DNA from: an uncultured delta proteobacterium
Lineage (GTDB): Bacteria > Myxococcota_A > UBA9160 > UBA4427
Length of the DNA: 64,000 nt
Direction: 5' to 3'
NCBI GenBank assembly: GCA_963822965.1
Contig: CAWGJT010000010.1
Coordinates: 704,001-768,000, forward strand
The position numbers and the translations under genes are program-made. Below the pieces are notes generated by a model. That model searched no databases, was not told where the DNA came from, and saw nothing but the letters and a program-made list of their open reading frames with translations. This document shows, piece by piece, positions 30,166 through 41,652 of the stretch (within the stretch, counting starts at the first letter, position 1; every line of letters begins with the position of its first letter).

Positions 30166-31074
30166 CTATCCGAGGCCGGCGCGGGCCAGGGCCTCCAGGA
30201 ACGGGCGCACGTCTCGCGCGCGGCTGGCGAACGCCGCCAGGGCGAAGGACGCGACGGTGACGCCGCGCGCGTGCCACTCGGGGAGGACCGCGAGGGTGGC
30301 CTCCAGATCCGGCCGCCCGTCCGCTCCGCGCACCACGGGCGGGGTGGCGCGCACGCCCAGGCTCGCGGGATCGCGACCTCCTGCGCGGAAGGCTTCGCGC
30401 AGGGTCTCGATGCCGCGCCACAGCTCGCCCGGGTCCGCGACGATGGGCATCCAGCCGGCGCCCAGCTCCGCGATGGCCGAGATCGCTCGCGGGCCGCGCA
30501 GCGCGGTGCCGAACCAGAACGGCACGCCGCCCGGCTGCACGGGCCGCGGCCGGCACCAGACGTTCTCGAACGAGACGGTGGCCGACGCGAAGCTCGCGGG
30601 CGCGTCGCGCCACAGGACGCGACACGCGCGCAGGCCGTCCAGCATGCGGTCGAAGCGGCCCGTGAAGGGCAGGCCCGCGGCGTCGTACTCCTCGCGCTGC
30701 CAGCCGGTTCCGACGCCCAGGTCGAGCCGGCCCCTCGAGAGGACGTCCAGGGTGGCGAGGGTCTTGGCGAGCAGCACGGGCGGCCGCAGCGGGGCGATCA
30801 GCACCCCGGTGGCGAGCCGGGTGCGCGAGGTGACCGCGGCGATCGCGGCCAGGGTCGTGAGGGGCTCGGGCCAGGGCTCGTGCTCGTCGAACGGGAAGCG
30901 GCCATAGGGATAGCGGTCGCTCCGGGCTCCCATCACCACGTGGTCGGTCACGGTGATCTGGTGGAGCCCCAGCTCGTCGGCCATGCGGGCGGTCTCGAGC
31001 AGACCGTGGAGATCGTCGCCGTAGAGGCGCGAGAGCCCGGAGAGGGTGAGCGAGATCCGCGGCCCGTCGCTCAC
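30166..31074 (-). CDS. LLM-class (probably F420-dependent) oxidoreductase
   Basis: TDHVVMG, PEPLTTLAAIAAVT, LAKTLATLDVLSRGRLDLGVGTGWQREEY, PRPVQPGGVP. Confidence 0.88.
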   Translation of the reverse strand: MSDGPRISLTLSGLSRLYGDDLHGLLETARMADELGLHQITVTDHVVMGARSDRYPYGRFPFDEHEPWPEPLTTLAAIAAVTSRTRLATGVLIAPLRPPVLLAKTLATLDVLSRGRLDLGVGTGWQREEYDAAGLPFTGRFDRMLDGLRACRVLWRDAPASFASATVSFENVWCRPRPVQPGGVPFWFGTALRGPRAISAIAELGAGWMPIVADPGELWRGIETLREAFRAGGRDPASLGVRATPPVVRGADGRPDLEATLAVLPEWHARGVTVASFALAAFASRARDVRPFLEALARAGLG

Positions 31075-32300
31075 CGCCGCTCGTCCCGGGTGAACACCAG
31101 CGCCACCAGGATGGCCGCGTTCAGGATCGCGAAGCACGTGAAGGCCAGGGTGTAGCTGCCCAGGCGGTCGTGCACCTGGGCGGCGAAGATGGCGCCCAGG
31201 GATCCGCTCGGCAGCGCGAGCATCAGCGCGCCGTAGATCTCGGCCATGTAGCGCTCGCCGAAGCAGCGGTTGATGATGAGCGGATACACCACGTCCCGGG
31301 CCGCGGTCGAGAATCCGTACGCCACGACGAACCCCCACACCAGGCCGTCGCTGGGCAGGGCCAGCAGCAATAGCGAGCTCAGGGCCAGCAGGGCGTGGTC
31401 GGCCAGGATCGACGTCTTCTCCGGGATGTAGTCCGAGATGACGCCCAGACCCACCTTGCTGGCGAGTCCCATGGCCAGGGCCGTGCTGAAGAAGTACGTG
31501 GCCTGGGTGGTCTCCATGCCCTCGTCCGTCAGGAACAGGACCAGGTGGTCCAGGACGCCCACGAAGTAGAAGAAGAAGCCGAAGAGCGCGAAGGCCAGGA
31601 TCCAGAAGGTGCGCGTGCGCAGGGCGTGGCGCAGGTCCAGGTCGGCATCGCTGCCCACGACCCGCGTTTCGAGCTCGCCGCCGGACCACACCAGGGGGCG
31701 GTCGCGGATCAGCAGCAGGATGGCGGGCACCATCACGACGAGTGCGCCGGCGCCCATCACGAAGAAGGTGGTCCGCCAGCCGTCGGCGCGGGCGATGCCG
31801 ACCCAGATCGGGACCAGGAACGCGCCGGCCAGGTTCGAGCCCGCGTACACGATCCCCATCGCGAAGCCCCGGCGCTTGACGATCCAGTGGGTGACGAGCT
31901 GTCCGACGCTGATGTCGCCGAGACCCACGAGCGCCACGGCCCCCACCATGAGCAGCGCATAGAACTGCCAGAGTGAGTCGATGCGGCCCAGCGCCAGGAA
32001 GGTGCCGCCGATCAGCGCCGCCGAGGCCAGCAGCGTGCGCCGCGCGCCATGCCGCACGATGACGAAGCCGAGGATCGGGCTCGCCCCGGCCATGATCAGC
32101 AGCTGGGGGATGCGCACCGCCGTGTACTCGGTCCGGCTCCAGCCGAGGTCGGGCATGATGAGGGGGGCCAGTGCGGGGAAGACGTAGCCGAATCCGAGCC
32201 CGAGCTGGCAGAGGAGGCAGCCGAGCACGACGAGCGCACCGCGACCCCGCAGGTCTCCCAGGACGCCGAGCCCGGTCGAAGCGCTCGCGGGACGGGACAC
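31071..32300 (-). CDS. MFS transporter (oxalate:formate antiporter-like)
   Basis: DLGWSRT, WIVKRRGFAMGI, ALRTRTFW, HDRLGSY; overlaps both neighbours. Confidence 0.82.
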   Translation of the reverse strand: MSRPASASTGLGVLGDLRGRGALVVLGCLLCQLGLGFGYVFPALAPLIMPDLGWSRTEYTAVRIPQLLIMAGASPILGFVIVRHGARRTLLASAALIGGTFLALGRIDSLWQFYALLMVGAVALVGLGDISVGQLVTHWIVKRRGFAMGIVYAGSNLAGAFLVPIWVGIARADGWRTTFFVMGAGALVVMVPAILLLIRDRPLVWSGGELETRVVGSDADLDLRHALRTRTFWILAFALFGFFFYFVGVLDHLVLFLTDEGMETTQATYFFSTALAMGLASKVGLGVISDYIPEKTSILADHALLALSSLLLLALPSDGLVWGFVVAYGFSTAARDVVYPLIINRCFGERYMAEIYGALMLALPSGSLGAIFAAQVHDRLGSYTLAFTCFAILNAAILVALVFTRDERR

Positions 32301-33220
32301 TAGTAGCCGCGTGCGAGGTCGACGACGCCGGCGAGGGGCTCGCCGGCGCGGTAGCGGTGGAGGTTCGCCACGAAGGTCTCGAGGATGTGCTCTACGGCGC
32401 CCGGGGCGGCCCACGAGACGTGGGCGCTGAGGCGCACGCGCGGATGGCGGTAGAGCCAGTGGCCGGCGGGCAGGGGCTCCGGCTCGCAGACGTCGAGGGA
32501 CGCGAGCGCGACGCGGCCGTCTTCGAGGGCGGCGCGCAGGGCGTCCTGATCGAGCAGGCTCCCGCGCGCGACGTTGACCACATGCAGCCCGGACCGGGCG
32601 TGCGCCAGCACGTCGGCGTCCACCAGATGTCGGGTCTCCTTCGTGGCGGCGGCCGCGATCACGAGATGATCGGCGCGCTCTACCAGGGCCTCGAGGGACT
32701 CGACGATCTCGACGCCGGGCACGGGGCTCGGCCGCGGGCTGCGACGCACGGCGACGACGCGCATGTCGAACGCGAGCGCCCGCTTCGCCACCTCGATGCC
32801 GATGGTGCCGAGGCCGACGAGCCCCAGGGTGCGTCCCGCCAGGGTGCCGAGGCTCGCGTGATTCCACGCCTCGGGCGGCTCGTGAAGCCAGCGTGCGGGG
32901 AGATCCTTCGCGCAGGCGAGCATGCAGGCCAGCGTCCACTCCGCGATGGGCACCGCGGTGGCGCCTCGCGCGCAGGTGAGAGTGCGGTCGCCCACGGCTT
33001 CCAGGGGGAAGCGGTCGACTCCCGTGCCCACGGTGTGGATCCAGCGAACGCCGTGGCGCACCAGCAGGCCGACGTTCGGCGTGCCCCAGGCCCAGGTGAG
33101 GAGCACCTCCGCCTGCTCATCCGGATCGACGTCTCCCTCTCCGGGCACCGGCACCAGCTCGAGGTCCGGCACGTCGCCGCACAGCTCGGCGAGGGTGTCC
33201 TTGGGAAAGTGGGTGAACAC
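32300..33220 (-). CDS. D-isomer-specific 2-hydroxyacid dehydrogenase
   Basis: GLVGLGTIG, VNVARG, LDVCEPEPLPAGH, SAHVS. Confidence 0.9.
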   Translation of the reverse strand: MFTHFPKDTLAELCGDVPDLELVPVPGEGDVDPDEQAEVLLTWAWGTPNVGLLVRHGVRWIHTVGTGVDRFPLEAVGDRTLTCARGATAVPIAEWTLACMLACAKDLPARWLHEPPEAWNHASLGTLAGRTLGLVGLGTIGIEVAKRALAFDMRVVAVRRSPRPSPVPGVEIVESLEALVERADHLVIAAAATKETRHLVDADVLAHARSGLHVVNVARGSLLDQDALRAALEDGRVALASLDVCEPEPLPAGHWLYRHPRVRLSAHVSWAAPGAVEHILETFVANLHRYRAGEPLAGVVDLARGY

Positions 33221-33274
33221 GCGCAGCGCTCTTCTCCTCTCGTTCTTCTCGCGGGCCGGCGGATGGTGGCAGCT

Positions 33275-34708
33275 TCACAGCCACGGCGCGATGCGGCGGG
33301 GCGGCCGGCGTCCCACCTCGAAGAGTCGGGGGTCGAAGCGTTTGCCGACGAAGGGCCCGGGCGCGTGCTGGGCACCCTGGCCGATCGAGAGCATGGGGAT
33401 GCCGACGAAGCAGAGCTGCAGCCCGACGGCGACGACGGCGAGGTGGGCCCGGCGCTGCGGGCCGGGGACGAGGTCGAGCGCGATGCCCGCCAGGAAGACC
33501 AGGCAGAGCGCCGTGACGCAGAAGAGGTCCCAGTCGAAGGGGCCCCACACGGGGCGGATGCCGCAGGCCGCCACCAGGAGGCCCGCGGCGGAGATGCCGA
33601 GGAAGCGGGCGGGGGCGGTGGCGAAGGCCCGCCGCGGTGCGGCCAGCAGGCCCAGGGCCAGGGGCAACGACGCCGGGACCAGCACGAAGGCCGCGTTGCC
33701 GAGGTACTTGAGGTGGGCCCGGGAGAAGAGCACGTAGTCCGTGCCGATGCTGGGCGCGCCGCCGGGTAGCCGGACCCACGTGCGGGCGGAGCCCAGCGCC
33801 CGCGCCAGCACGATCGTGGCCGGGAGGCCCTCGGGGTTCCAGGTGAGCAGGAAGATCGCGTGCAGCAGCAGGGGCAGCGCCACCCCGCCCAGCGCCGGTG
33901 TCAGCACCCGCTCGCCGCGCAGGCGGCGAAGCAGCAGCAGGCCCGGGACGAGAAGGAGGCACCAGGGTTGCAGCCAGCTCGCGACGCCCAGGGCCAGGGC
34001 CGCCGCCGCGAATCCCACGCCTCCGTGGAGGAAGCGGAGCGCGAGCCAGAGGTAGGCGGCGCTCGCCGCCAGCGCGAAGGGCTGGATCTCGAGCCGGCCC
34101 GCCAGCGCCGCGACCATGCCGCCGGAGAAGGCGAGGGGGGCGATGGCGTTGGCGCCGCCGCCCGTCGCTCCCGTCAGGCGCGAGGCACGCACCACGAACA
34201 GGATCGTGGCGGCGCCGGCCCCGCAGGCCAGGACCCGGGCGAGCACCAGGGGCGGCAGCGCGAGGAGGTCGGCCAGGCGGTAGATGGCGAGCAGCAGGGC
34301 CATGCCGCCGGGCTCGGGATAGGTGACGCGCCCCTCGTGGGTGAGCAACGAGTGGAGCAGGATGGAATCGCCGAGCAGGACGCGCTCGCGCACCAGCCAC
34401 AGCGACACCCCGGCCACCAGGAAGAGAAGCGCGTCGCGAGACGTCGGCGAGAGCTTCCGGGCCCGCGCCCGCACGAACGCGGCCGCACGGAGGACCCCGC
34501 GCCGCGCCTCATCGGTGGTGACGAGGAGCGCCACGCCGGTGAGGAGCCAGGCGACCCAGTCCTCCAGATAGCGCAGCAGCCCGAAGCCCCAGGCGTGCTT
34601 CAGACCCGGCACGTAGCCGTAGGTGACCGCGAAGAGCAGCCCCCAGGCCCCGAAGGCGCCTATGGAGATCCACCGGATCGGACCGGGCCGAGCGGGTGCC
34701 GCGCTCAT
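33275..34708 (-). CDS. Hypothetical polytopic membrane protein
   Basis: ATG 34708 MSAAPARPG...; many hydrophobic segments; joined to ilvD in the ORF track only through frameshifts. Confidence 0.65.
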   Translation of the reverse strand: MSAAPARPGPIRWISIGAFGAWGLLFAVTYGYVPGLKHAWGFGLLRYLEDWVAWLLTGVALLVTTDEARRGVLRAAAFVRARARKLSPTSRDALLFLVAGVSLWLVRERVLLGDSILLHSLLTHEGRVTYPEPGGMALLLAIYRLADLLALPPLVLARVLACGAGAATILFVVRASRLTGATGGGANAIAPLAFSGGMVAALAGRLEIQPFALAASAAYLWLALRFLHGGVGFAAAALALGVASWLQPWCLLLVPGLLLLRRLRGERVLTPALGGVALPLLLHAIFLLTWNPEGLPATIVLARALGSARTWVRLPGGAPSIGTDYVLFSRAHLKYLGNAAFVLVPASLPLALGLLAAPRRAFATAPARFLGISAAGLLVAACGIRPVWGPFDWDLFCVTALCLVFLAGIALDLVPGPQRRAHLAVVAVGLQLCFVGIPMLSIGQGAQHAPGPFVGKRFDPRLFEVGRRPPRRIAPWL

Positions 34709-34719
34709 GCTCTGGGGAT

Positions 34720-36640
34720 TCAGCGCCGGCTTCGTGGTTGCGGCCGGCTTCGCGCCTGAGGCTGACTTCGCACTTGCGAGAGATCGCGCACGGCGCCGCG
34801 GGCCGCGCTCGTGGCGAAGATCGCGTAGGCCTGCAACGCGACAGAGACCGCCCGTTCGCGCGGGCCTGGCTGCCAGGCCTCGTCGCCGCGGGCCTCCATG
34901 GCGGTGCGGCGGCGCTCGAGCTCGGCGTCGTCCACGTCGAGCCGGATCGAGCGATTCGGGATGTCGATCTCGATGCGGTCTCCCTCTTCGACGAGCCCGA
35001 TGGCGCCGCCTTCCGCCGCCTCGGGCGACACGTGGCCGATCACCAGGCCCGAGGAGCCGCCGCTGAAGCGACCGTCGGTCACCAGGGCGCACTTTCCGCC
35101 GAGGCCCTTCGACTTGAGATAGGAGGTCGGGTACAGCATCTCCTGCATGCCCGGTCCGCCCTTGGGCCCCTCGTAGGTGATGACCACGACGTCCCCCGGC
35201 ACCACCTCGTTGCCGAGGATGGCGGCGACCGCGGCGTCCTGGGAGTGGTAGACCCGCGCGCGACCCGTGAAGGTGAGGATTCCGGGCGTCGACACCTGCG
35301 GTCTTCACCACGCAGCCGTCGCAGGGCGATGTTGCCGTAGAGCATGGCGAGCCCGCCGTCTCGGCTGTAGGCGTGCTCGATCTCCCGGATGCAGCCCTGG
35401 GCGCCGTCCTCGTCCAGGGAATCGAAGTAGGTGTCCTGGGAGAACGCGACGGTGGTGCGGATGCCGCCGGGTGCGGCCAGCGCGCGGTCCCGCGCCTCCT
35501 GCTTGGCCGTGGGGCGTCGCACGTCCTCGGCGTCGATGGCCTCGCCCAGGGTGCGGCGTGTGCACCGTCGCCACCTCGCGGTGGACCAGGCCGCCGCGGT
35601 CGAGGGCGCCCAGGATGGTGAAGATGCCGCCGGCCCGGTTGACGTCTTCGATGTGGAAGCTCGAGGAAGGCGCCACCTTCGCCAGGTTGGGCACCCGCCG
35701 GGAGAGAGCGTCGATGTGGTGCATCTTGAAGTCGACCCCCGCCTCCTCGGCCGCCGCCAGCAGATGCAGGATGGTGTTCGTCGAGCCGCCCATGGCGATG
35801 TCGAGGGTCATGGCGTTCTCGAAGGCCTCGAAGGTGGCGATGCTGCGGGGCAGCACCGACTCGTCGCCCTCGATGTAGTAGCGCCGCGCCAGGGACACGA
35901 TGCGACGGCCCGCGTCCTCGAACAGCTCCCAGCGGCGGGCGTGGGTGGCGAGCAGGGTGCCGTTGCCCGGCAGGGCGAGGCCGATGGCCTCGGCCAGGCA
36001 GTTCATGCTGTTGGCGGTGAACATGCCGCTGCAGGAGCCGCAGGTGGGGCAGGCCGAGCGCTCCAGGCTCTCGAGCTCCGCAGTCGCTCACGCCCTCGTC
36101 GCCTGCGGCGATCATCGGGTCGATCAGGTCCAGGCTGCGCGAGATGGGGTTTCCGTCCCGGTCGCGGGTCCCCTGGGTCTTGCCCGCCTCCATCGGCCCG
36201 CCCGTCACGAAGATGGTCGGGATGTTCAGGCGCAGGGCGGCGAGCAGCATGCCCGGGGTGATCTTGTCGCAGTTCGAGATGCACACGAGAGCGTCCGCCA
36301 CGTGGGCCTGCACCATGTACTCGACCGAGTCGGCGATCAGGTCCCGGCTGGGGAGCGAGTAGAGCATGCCGTCGTGGCCCATGGCGATGCCGTCGTCCAC
36401 CGCGATGGTGTTGAACTCGGCCCCGAAGCCGCCCGCGGCGTCGATCACCTTCTTGATGCGCTGCCCCACGTCGTGGAGGTGCACGTGGCCCGGCACGAAC
36501 TGGGTGAAGCTGTTGGCGATGGCGATGATCGGCTTGCCGAAATCGTCGTCCGTCATGCCTGTAGCACGCCACAGGGCGCGGGCGCCGGCCATGTTGCGAC
36601 CATGGGTGGTGCGACGACTGCGATATCCGGGTCCCGGCAT
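34720..36640 (-). CDS. ilvD: Dihydroxy-acid dehydratase (about 4 frameshifts)
   Basis: [71 protein letters not shown] across successive frames. Confidence 0.93.
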
Positions 36641-36830
36641 GGCGGCCAGTGTAGCGGGGTTCGGAGGGTCGTGGCATCGCCGCTAGACTGCGGGCCCCGG
36701 GCGGGCCGGCCGCCAGTGCGGCCGCAGCCGCCTCGCCGCCGGCACTGCCCGGCGCGTGCGGGCGAGACGGGCTCGCCGGAAACGACGAGAGAGCGAGACG
36801 TCGAGACGTCGAGAGGACGAGGAGTCGATC

Positions 36831-37907
36831 GTGAAGGTGCTCGTGATGGGTGGGACGCAGTTCAACGGCTTCGCGCTGGTGCGGGAGCTGGTGCGGCGGG
36901 GGCACGACGTCACGATCCTGAACCGGGGACGCACCGAGGCGGCGCTGCCCCGGGCCGTGAAGCGCCTCGTCTGCGACCGGACCGACCCGGCCGCCATGCG
37001 GAAGACCGTGGCGGGTCTCGAGTTCGACTGCATCCACGACATCAGCGGCTATCGCCCGGAAGACGTCCAGCTGATGGTCAAGCTCTTTCGGGGTCGCACG
37101 GGCCACTACATCTTCGCCAGCTCCACCGTCATCTACGCAGCGACGAACTGCTTGCCCATCGCCGAGGGGCACCCCCTCGACCGCAGCCCGGCGCAGAACG
37201 AGTACGGGATGAACAAGATCCTGTGCGAGGACCTGCTGGTGCGGGAGCACCGGGAGCACGGCTTCCCGGCGTCCCTGGCGGCCTTCTCGATGGTATTCGG
37301 GCCCCGGAACATCATCCCGGACCGGGAGCAGCGCATGTTCGTGCGCCTCTACCGCGGGCGGAAGGTGCTGGTTCCCGGGGACGGAACCACCGTGGGCCAG
37401 ATCGGGCACGTGGACGACGAGGCACGCGCCCTGTGCGCCATGATGCAGAACCCGAAGACCTTCGGGCGCCGCTACAACCTGACCGGCGGAGACTGCTTCA
37501 CCGACGAGGGTTACGTCGACACGTTCGCGGAGACCGTGGGCGTCACCCCGGAGAAGGTGTTCGTGCCGGCCGACGTGATGGACGATCTCTACGCGGGACG
37601 CATTCCCCTGTCTGGCGCGCCCATGGAGGTGAAGGTGGACACGCGCAGCCGGGAGGACGCCCGGGGCGCCGCGCTCTTCCAGATCCAGCGCCTGATGCAG
37701 CGCATCGCCCCGCACCTGCACCACTGGAATCGCAGCGTCTTCTTCAGCGTCCAGCAGCTGATGGACGACACGGGCTGGCGGCCCGAGTACACGTTCCGCA
37801 GCGCCGTGGAGCAGACCTGGGAGTGGATGCGGCAGGAAGGCCTGCACGAGAGCCTCGACTTCGACTTCACGTTCGAGGACGAGCTGCTGGCGCGACTGGG
37901 CGCCTGA
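36831..37907 (+). CDS. NAD-dependent epimerase/dehydratase (extended SDR)
   Basis: VLVMGGTQFNG, LNRGR, YGMNK; GAGGAG RBS before GTG. Confidence 0.85.
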   Translation: MKVLVMGGTQFNGFALVRELVRRGHDVTILNRGRTEAALPRAVKRLVCDRTDPAAMRKTVAGLEFDCIHDISGYRPEDVQLMVKLFRGRTGHYIFASSTVIYAATNCLPIAEGHPLDRSPAQNEYGMNKILCEDLLVREHREHGFPASLAAFSMVFGPRNIIPDREQRMFVRLYRGRKVLVPGDGTTVGQIGHVDDEARALCAMMQNPKTFGRRYNLTGGDCFTDEGYVDTFAETVGVTPEKVFVPADVMDDLYAGRIPLSGAPMEVKVDTRSREDARGAALFQIQRLMQRIAPHLHHWNRSVFFSVQQLMDDTGWRPEYTFRSAVEQTWEWMRQEGLHESLDFDFTFEDELLARLGA

Positions 37908-37919
37908 GCGGGGCGGCTC

Positions 37920-39593
37920 TCAGGCGTCTTCGGCCTCGTCTGTGGGTCGCGGTTCGGCCTCGTCCGTGGGTCGCGGCTCGGCCTCGCCGACGCTTCGCTG
38001 GCCGGCCTCGTCGGCGAGTCGCTGGCGCACGTCCTCCCGCAGCTTCTGCTTGGCCACCTTGCCCCCCGAGCCGCGGGGCAGGGTGTCGAGCACCTCCAGG
38101 CGCTCGGGGAGGTTCTCCTTCGAGACGTCCCGCGCGCGCAGGTGGGCGAGCAGCTCCTCGAGGGTCGAGGCTCGCTCCCGGGCGCAGCTCCACGTAGCAG
38201 CAGACCCGCTCGCCGAAGATCGGGTCGGGCATGGCGACGGCGGCGGCCAGGGCCACTGCCGGGTGCGACGCCACCTCCTGCTCGACCGCGGGCCCGCTGA
38301 TGTTCTTGCCGCCGCGGATGATGAAGTCGTCCGTGCGTCCGATCACCGTCAGGTAGCCGTCCGGGTCGATGGTCACCACGTCGCCGAGCATCATCCAGCC
38401 GTCCGGCGCGCAGGAGCTTCGCGTTCGCCTCGGTCGTCGTCCCAGTAGCCGCGCGACAGGGTGGGGCCGCGGCAGCCCGGCTGTCCCCGGCCGCCGGCGG
38501 TGACGTCGGCGCCCGACTCGTCGAAGAGCCGCACGTTCATCGCCGGGATCACCCGGCCAGCGGTGCGCAGCCGCCGCTCGCGGTCGTCGCCCAGACGGGT
38601 GCCCGAGACGGCGCCCGTCTCGTTCGAGCCGTAGAACTGCAGCACCGCCGCCCCGGTGCGGTCCTCGAACTCGGCGGCCCGCGCGTAGGGCACCACCTCG
38701 CCGCCGGTGTAGAGCACCCGCAGGCTCGAGAGGTCGTGGCGGGCCAGGGCCGCGCGACTCGAGCAGCATGACGAACTGGGTGGAGACGGCCGCCAGCACC
38801 GAGACCCGGTCGCGCTCGATCGCGGCGAGGGTCTCCTCGGCGGAGAAGCGCGCCGAGACCGCGGTCGGCGACGCCCAGCAGGGTGGGCGTCACGTGGCTC
38901 GTCCAGATGCCGAAGCCGAAGGGCGCGGGAACCACGCTCATGAAGACGTCGCGATCCGAGAGGTCGCCGGTCTGGCGACCGCGAGGTCGTGGAACGCGAA
39001 CCAGCGCGCTGGTCGTGGATCACGACCTTCGGCATGCCCGTGGTGCCCGAGGTGGAGTTGAGCAGGAAGACGTCGTCCGGGCCGAGGCGCCGAGACGGGG
39101 CCGGCGGCCGCGAGGTCCGGAACGGGCGCCGGCGCGCCGTCGACGTCGACCGGGCCTTCGAGCTCGCGCGCGCCGTCCGGCGCCACCAGGTGGTGACGGA
39201 GCGGGGGCGCCGGCGCGCCGCAGTCCCGCCACGAAGTCGGCCACCTCGCGGTCCTGGTGCCGGGGCGCGAGTGAGCAGGGCCGCCGCACCCGGTCTTGCG
39301 CAGCAGGTGCTCGAGCTCCTTGTAGCCTGCCCGCGGACCGATGCCGACCGCCACCACCCCGGCCTTCTCGCAGCCCACGAGGGCCGCGTGCACCCCCGGG
39401 CCGTCGGGCAGCAGCACCGCCACGCGCTCTCCGGCCGCGATCCCCAGCGCCTCCAGGGTGGCGGCGAGGCGCGACGAGCGCGCGTCGTACTCCGCCCAGC
39501 GCATCACCGCGTCCGCCTGCGGTAGGCGACGGCGTCCGCTCGCGCGTCGCCGCGTGGAGCGCGATCTGGCTGCGCGAGGGAAGGGCGCTTCAC
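37920..39593 (-). CDS. AMP-dependent acyl-CoA synthetase (frameshifted; start approximate)
   Basis: NSTSGTTGMPK, FYGSNETG, GDVVTIDPDGYL, GRTDDFIIRGGKNI, GGKVAK across frames. Confidence 0.8.
37929..37986. repeat. 24-bp tandem repeat (about 2.4 copies) in the C-terminal tail
   Basis: TTCGGCCTCGTCYGTGGGTCGCGG x2 plus a partial copy; encodes EAEPRPTD repeats on the minus strand. Confidence 0.8.
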
Positions 39594-39612
39594 CGGGGGG
39601 CGGCCGCGCCTC

Positions 39613-40803
39613 TCAGAACGTGATCGGGAACTTCGCGTAGCCCTGCACGAAGTCGGTCACGAGGCGCTCGGCGTGGTCGCGAGATCGAGCTGCGTACTCG
39701 GGGATCGCCTTCAGGGTCTCTTCGAGACAGACCTTCGCCTCGAGACGCGCGACGTTGATGCCGATGCACGAGTGGGGCCCGTAGCCGAAGCGACAGGATG
39801 CGCGGCGGCTTGCGGTGGATGTCGAAGACGTCGGGGTTCGGGAACTCCCGCTCGTCGTGGTTGCCGGAGGGATACAGGAAGAGCACCGGCTGGCCCGGGC
39901 TGCAGGGTCTGGCCGTGGAACTCGATCTCCTGCGTGACCACGCGGCACAGGAACTGGGTCGGCATGTCGTAGCGCAGCGCCTCGTTGAAGGCGTCCGGGA
40001 CGAGCGCCGGATTCGGCGACGCACTCGGCGCGCTGGTCGGGATGCTCGGCCAGCCGGCGGAGGGCGTTCGCGAAGGTCTTCGGGAAGGTCTCGGCGCCGC
40101 CGATGATGAGCATCGAGAGATGCGAGGCGACGGCGGCGTCGTCGAGCTTCTCGCCGTCGAGCTCGATCGCGAGGAGCGTGCCGAGCACGTTGTCCTGGGG
40201 GGCCTCGCTGCGCCGCTTGCGGATGAGCTGGCGGAAGTAGGCGTCGAGCTCTCCGAAGGCCGCCATGCCGTCGGGCGTCATGCCCTCGACGCCCTCCTCG
40301 CGCTTGAAGAAGCGCCAGCACCAGGTCGTTCAGGATCGGGCCGTCCTCGACGGGCAGGCCGTTCACCGTGCAGGCGACGGTCACGGCGATCTTCGACGCG
40401 AAGTCGCCCATGGCGTCGATGCGTCCGGCGTCCCGGGCGGCCTCCAGGCTCTCCGACCGCCATGCGGCGGATCAGGGGCTCGAGCGGCGCGACCTCGGGC
40501 GCGGCGAAGTAGCTGCGCATGGCGGCGCGCAGCTTCGTGTGCTCGGCGGATCCATCAGGTTCAGCATCGGGGTCACGGGCTGCACCTTGGTCAGCAGGTG
40601 CGCGGAGGTCGTGCCCTGGGCGGCCGTGAAGTGCTTGACGTCGCCCGAGGCCTTCCAGATGTCCGCGAAGCGGGAGAGCGCCCAGCAGTCCCACCGCTCG
40701 CAGTAGTAGGCCGGCGCCTCGTCCCGCAGCCGCTTGTAGATCGGGCCGGGGTCGCGCATCACGGCTCGTCGGAGAAGGGATCGTAGGCGACCGGTTCGGG
40801 CAT
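39613..40803 (-). CDS. Cytochrome P450 (frameshifted)
   Basis: MPEPVAYDPF, MDPP, I-helix GGAET, ExxR as EALRYD, heme motif FGYGPHSCIG. Confidence 0.9.
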
Positions 40804-40841
40804 GCTTCGGCTCTCCGGGCGGGGGGATGCGGGGTGAATCT

Positions 40842-40865
40842 GAACGAGACGTATAGTATCGTAAT
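40842..40865. promoter_or_regulatory. Operator-like site between the P450 and TetR genes
   Basis: GAACG-AGACGTAT-AGTAT-CGTAAT aligns with the 6914 and 43238 sites. Confidence 0.5.
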
Positions 40866-40926
40866 CCAGCCTGCAGCCAGGGTGCCGAATCGGGGACACG
40901 GCGATCGACGCCGGAGAACGGCGCCC

Positions 40927-41537
40927 GTGAGCGCGAACGCAGGCTCCTCCCACTCCCAGGGTGCTCCGACGGCAGGGCGACCTCGCAGCGAGGAGGCCCA
41001 CAAGGCGATCCTCGACGCGACCCTCGACCTGCTCGTCGAGGTGGGCTTCTCCGCCATGACCGTCGAGGGCGTGGCCAGCCGCGCGGGCGTCGGCAAGGCC
41101 ACGATCTACCGCCGCTGGCCCTCGAAGCTGCCGCTGGTCGTCGAGGCCTTCGGACAGCTCCCCGGCTTCGAGGAGGTCGACACCGGCGACCTCGCCGAAG
41201 ACCTGAAGAAGATGCTGCGCGCCTACCTGCAGGCCTTCAACGCGTCGCCTCTGTCCGCGGTGCTGCCGAGCCTGGCGGGCGAGCGCGCCCACAACCCCGA
41301 GCTGTCCGAGCTGTTCGAGCCCGTGAGCAAGGGCCGCCGCCAGCCGCTGGTCGGGCCTTCGAGCGCGCCGTCGATCGCGGCGAGATTCCCGAGGACACGG
41401 ACGTCGAGCTGGCGGCCGATCTGGTGGTCGGGCCCATCGCGGTCGCGCTCTTCTTCAAGGGCGGCCGCCTCAACCCCCGCATGGTGGGGCCGATGGTGGA
41501 CATGGCGCTCTCGGGGATCCAGGGGCACCGCGCCTGA
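40927..41537 (+). CDS. TetR/AcrR family regulator (frameshift near 41352)
   Basis: GRPRSEEAHKAIL...TVEGVASRAGVGKATIYRRWPSK; continuation AVDRGEIP...DLVVGP in a shifted frame. Confidence 0.9.
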
Positions 41538-41548
41538 GGAAGGCTGTC

Positions 41549-41652
41549 GGCTGTTCCGGGGCTCAGGGCTGTTCCGGGCTCGGGCTGTTTCCGGGCTCAG
41601 GGCTGTTTCCGGGCTCAGGGCTGTTTCCGGGCTCAGGGCTGCTCCGGGCTCT
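41549..41652. repeat. 18-bp tandem repeat, about 6 copies
   Basis: Unit GGGCTGTTTCCGGGCTCA with degenerate flanks; encodes PEPGNS repeats at the end of the fadD3-like gene. Confidence 0.85.

Noticed and set aside
33275..36640. Apparent 1121-aa IlvD-membrane protein fusion in the ORF track
   Set aside because: The middle is out-of-frame text. IlvD motifs continue in other frames and end at 34720, and the membrane protein has its own ATG.
34720..36640. ilvD and others as true pseudogenes or programmed frameshifts
   Set aside because: There are several scattered indels per gene, no slippery-site pattern and no other decay; sequencing error is more likely.
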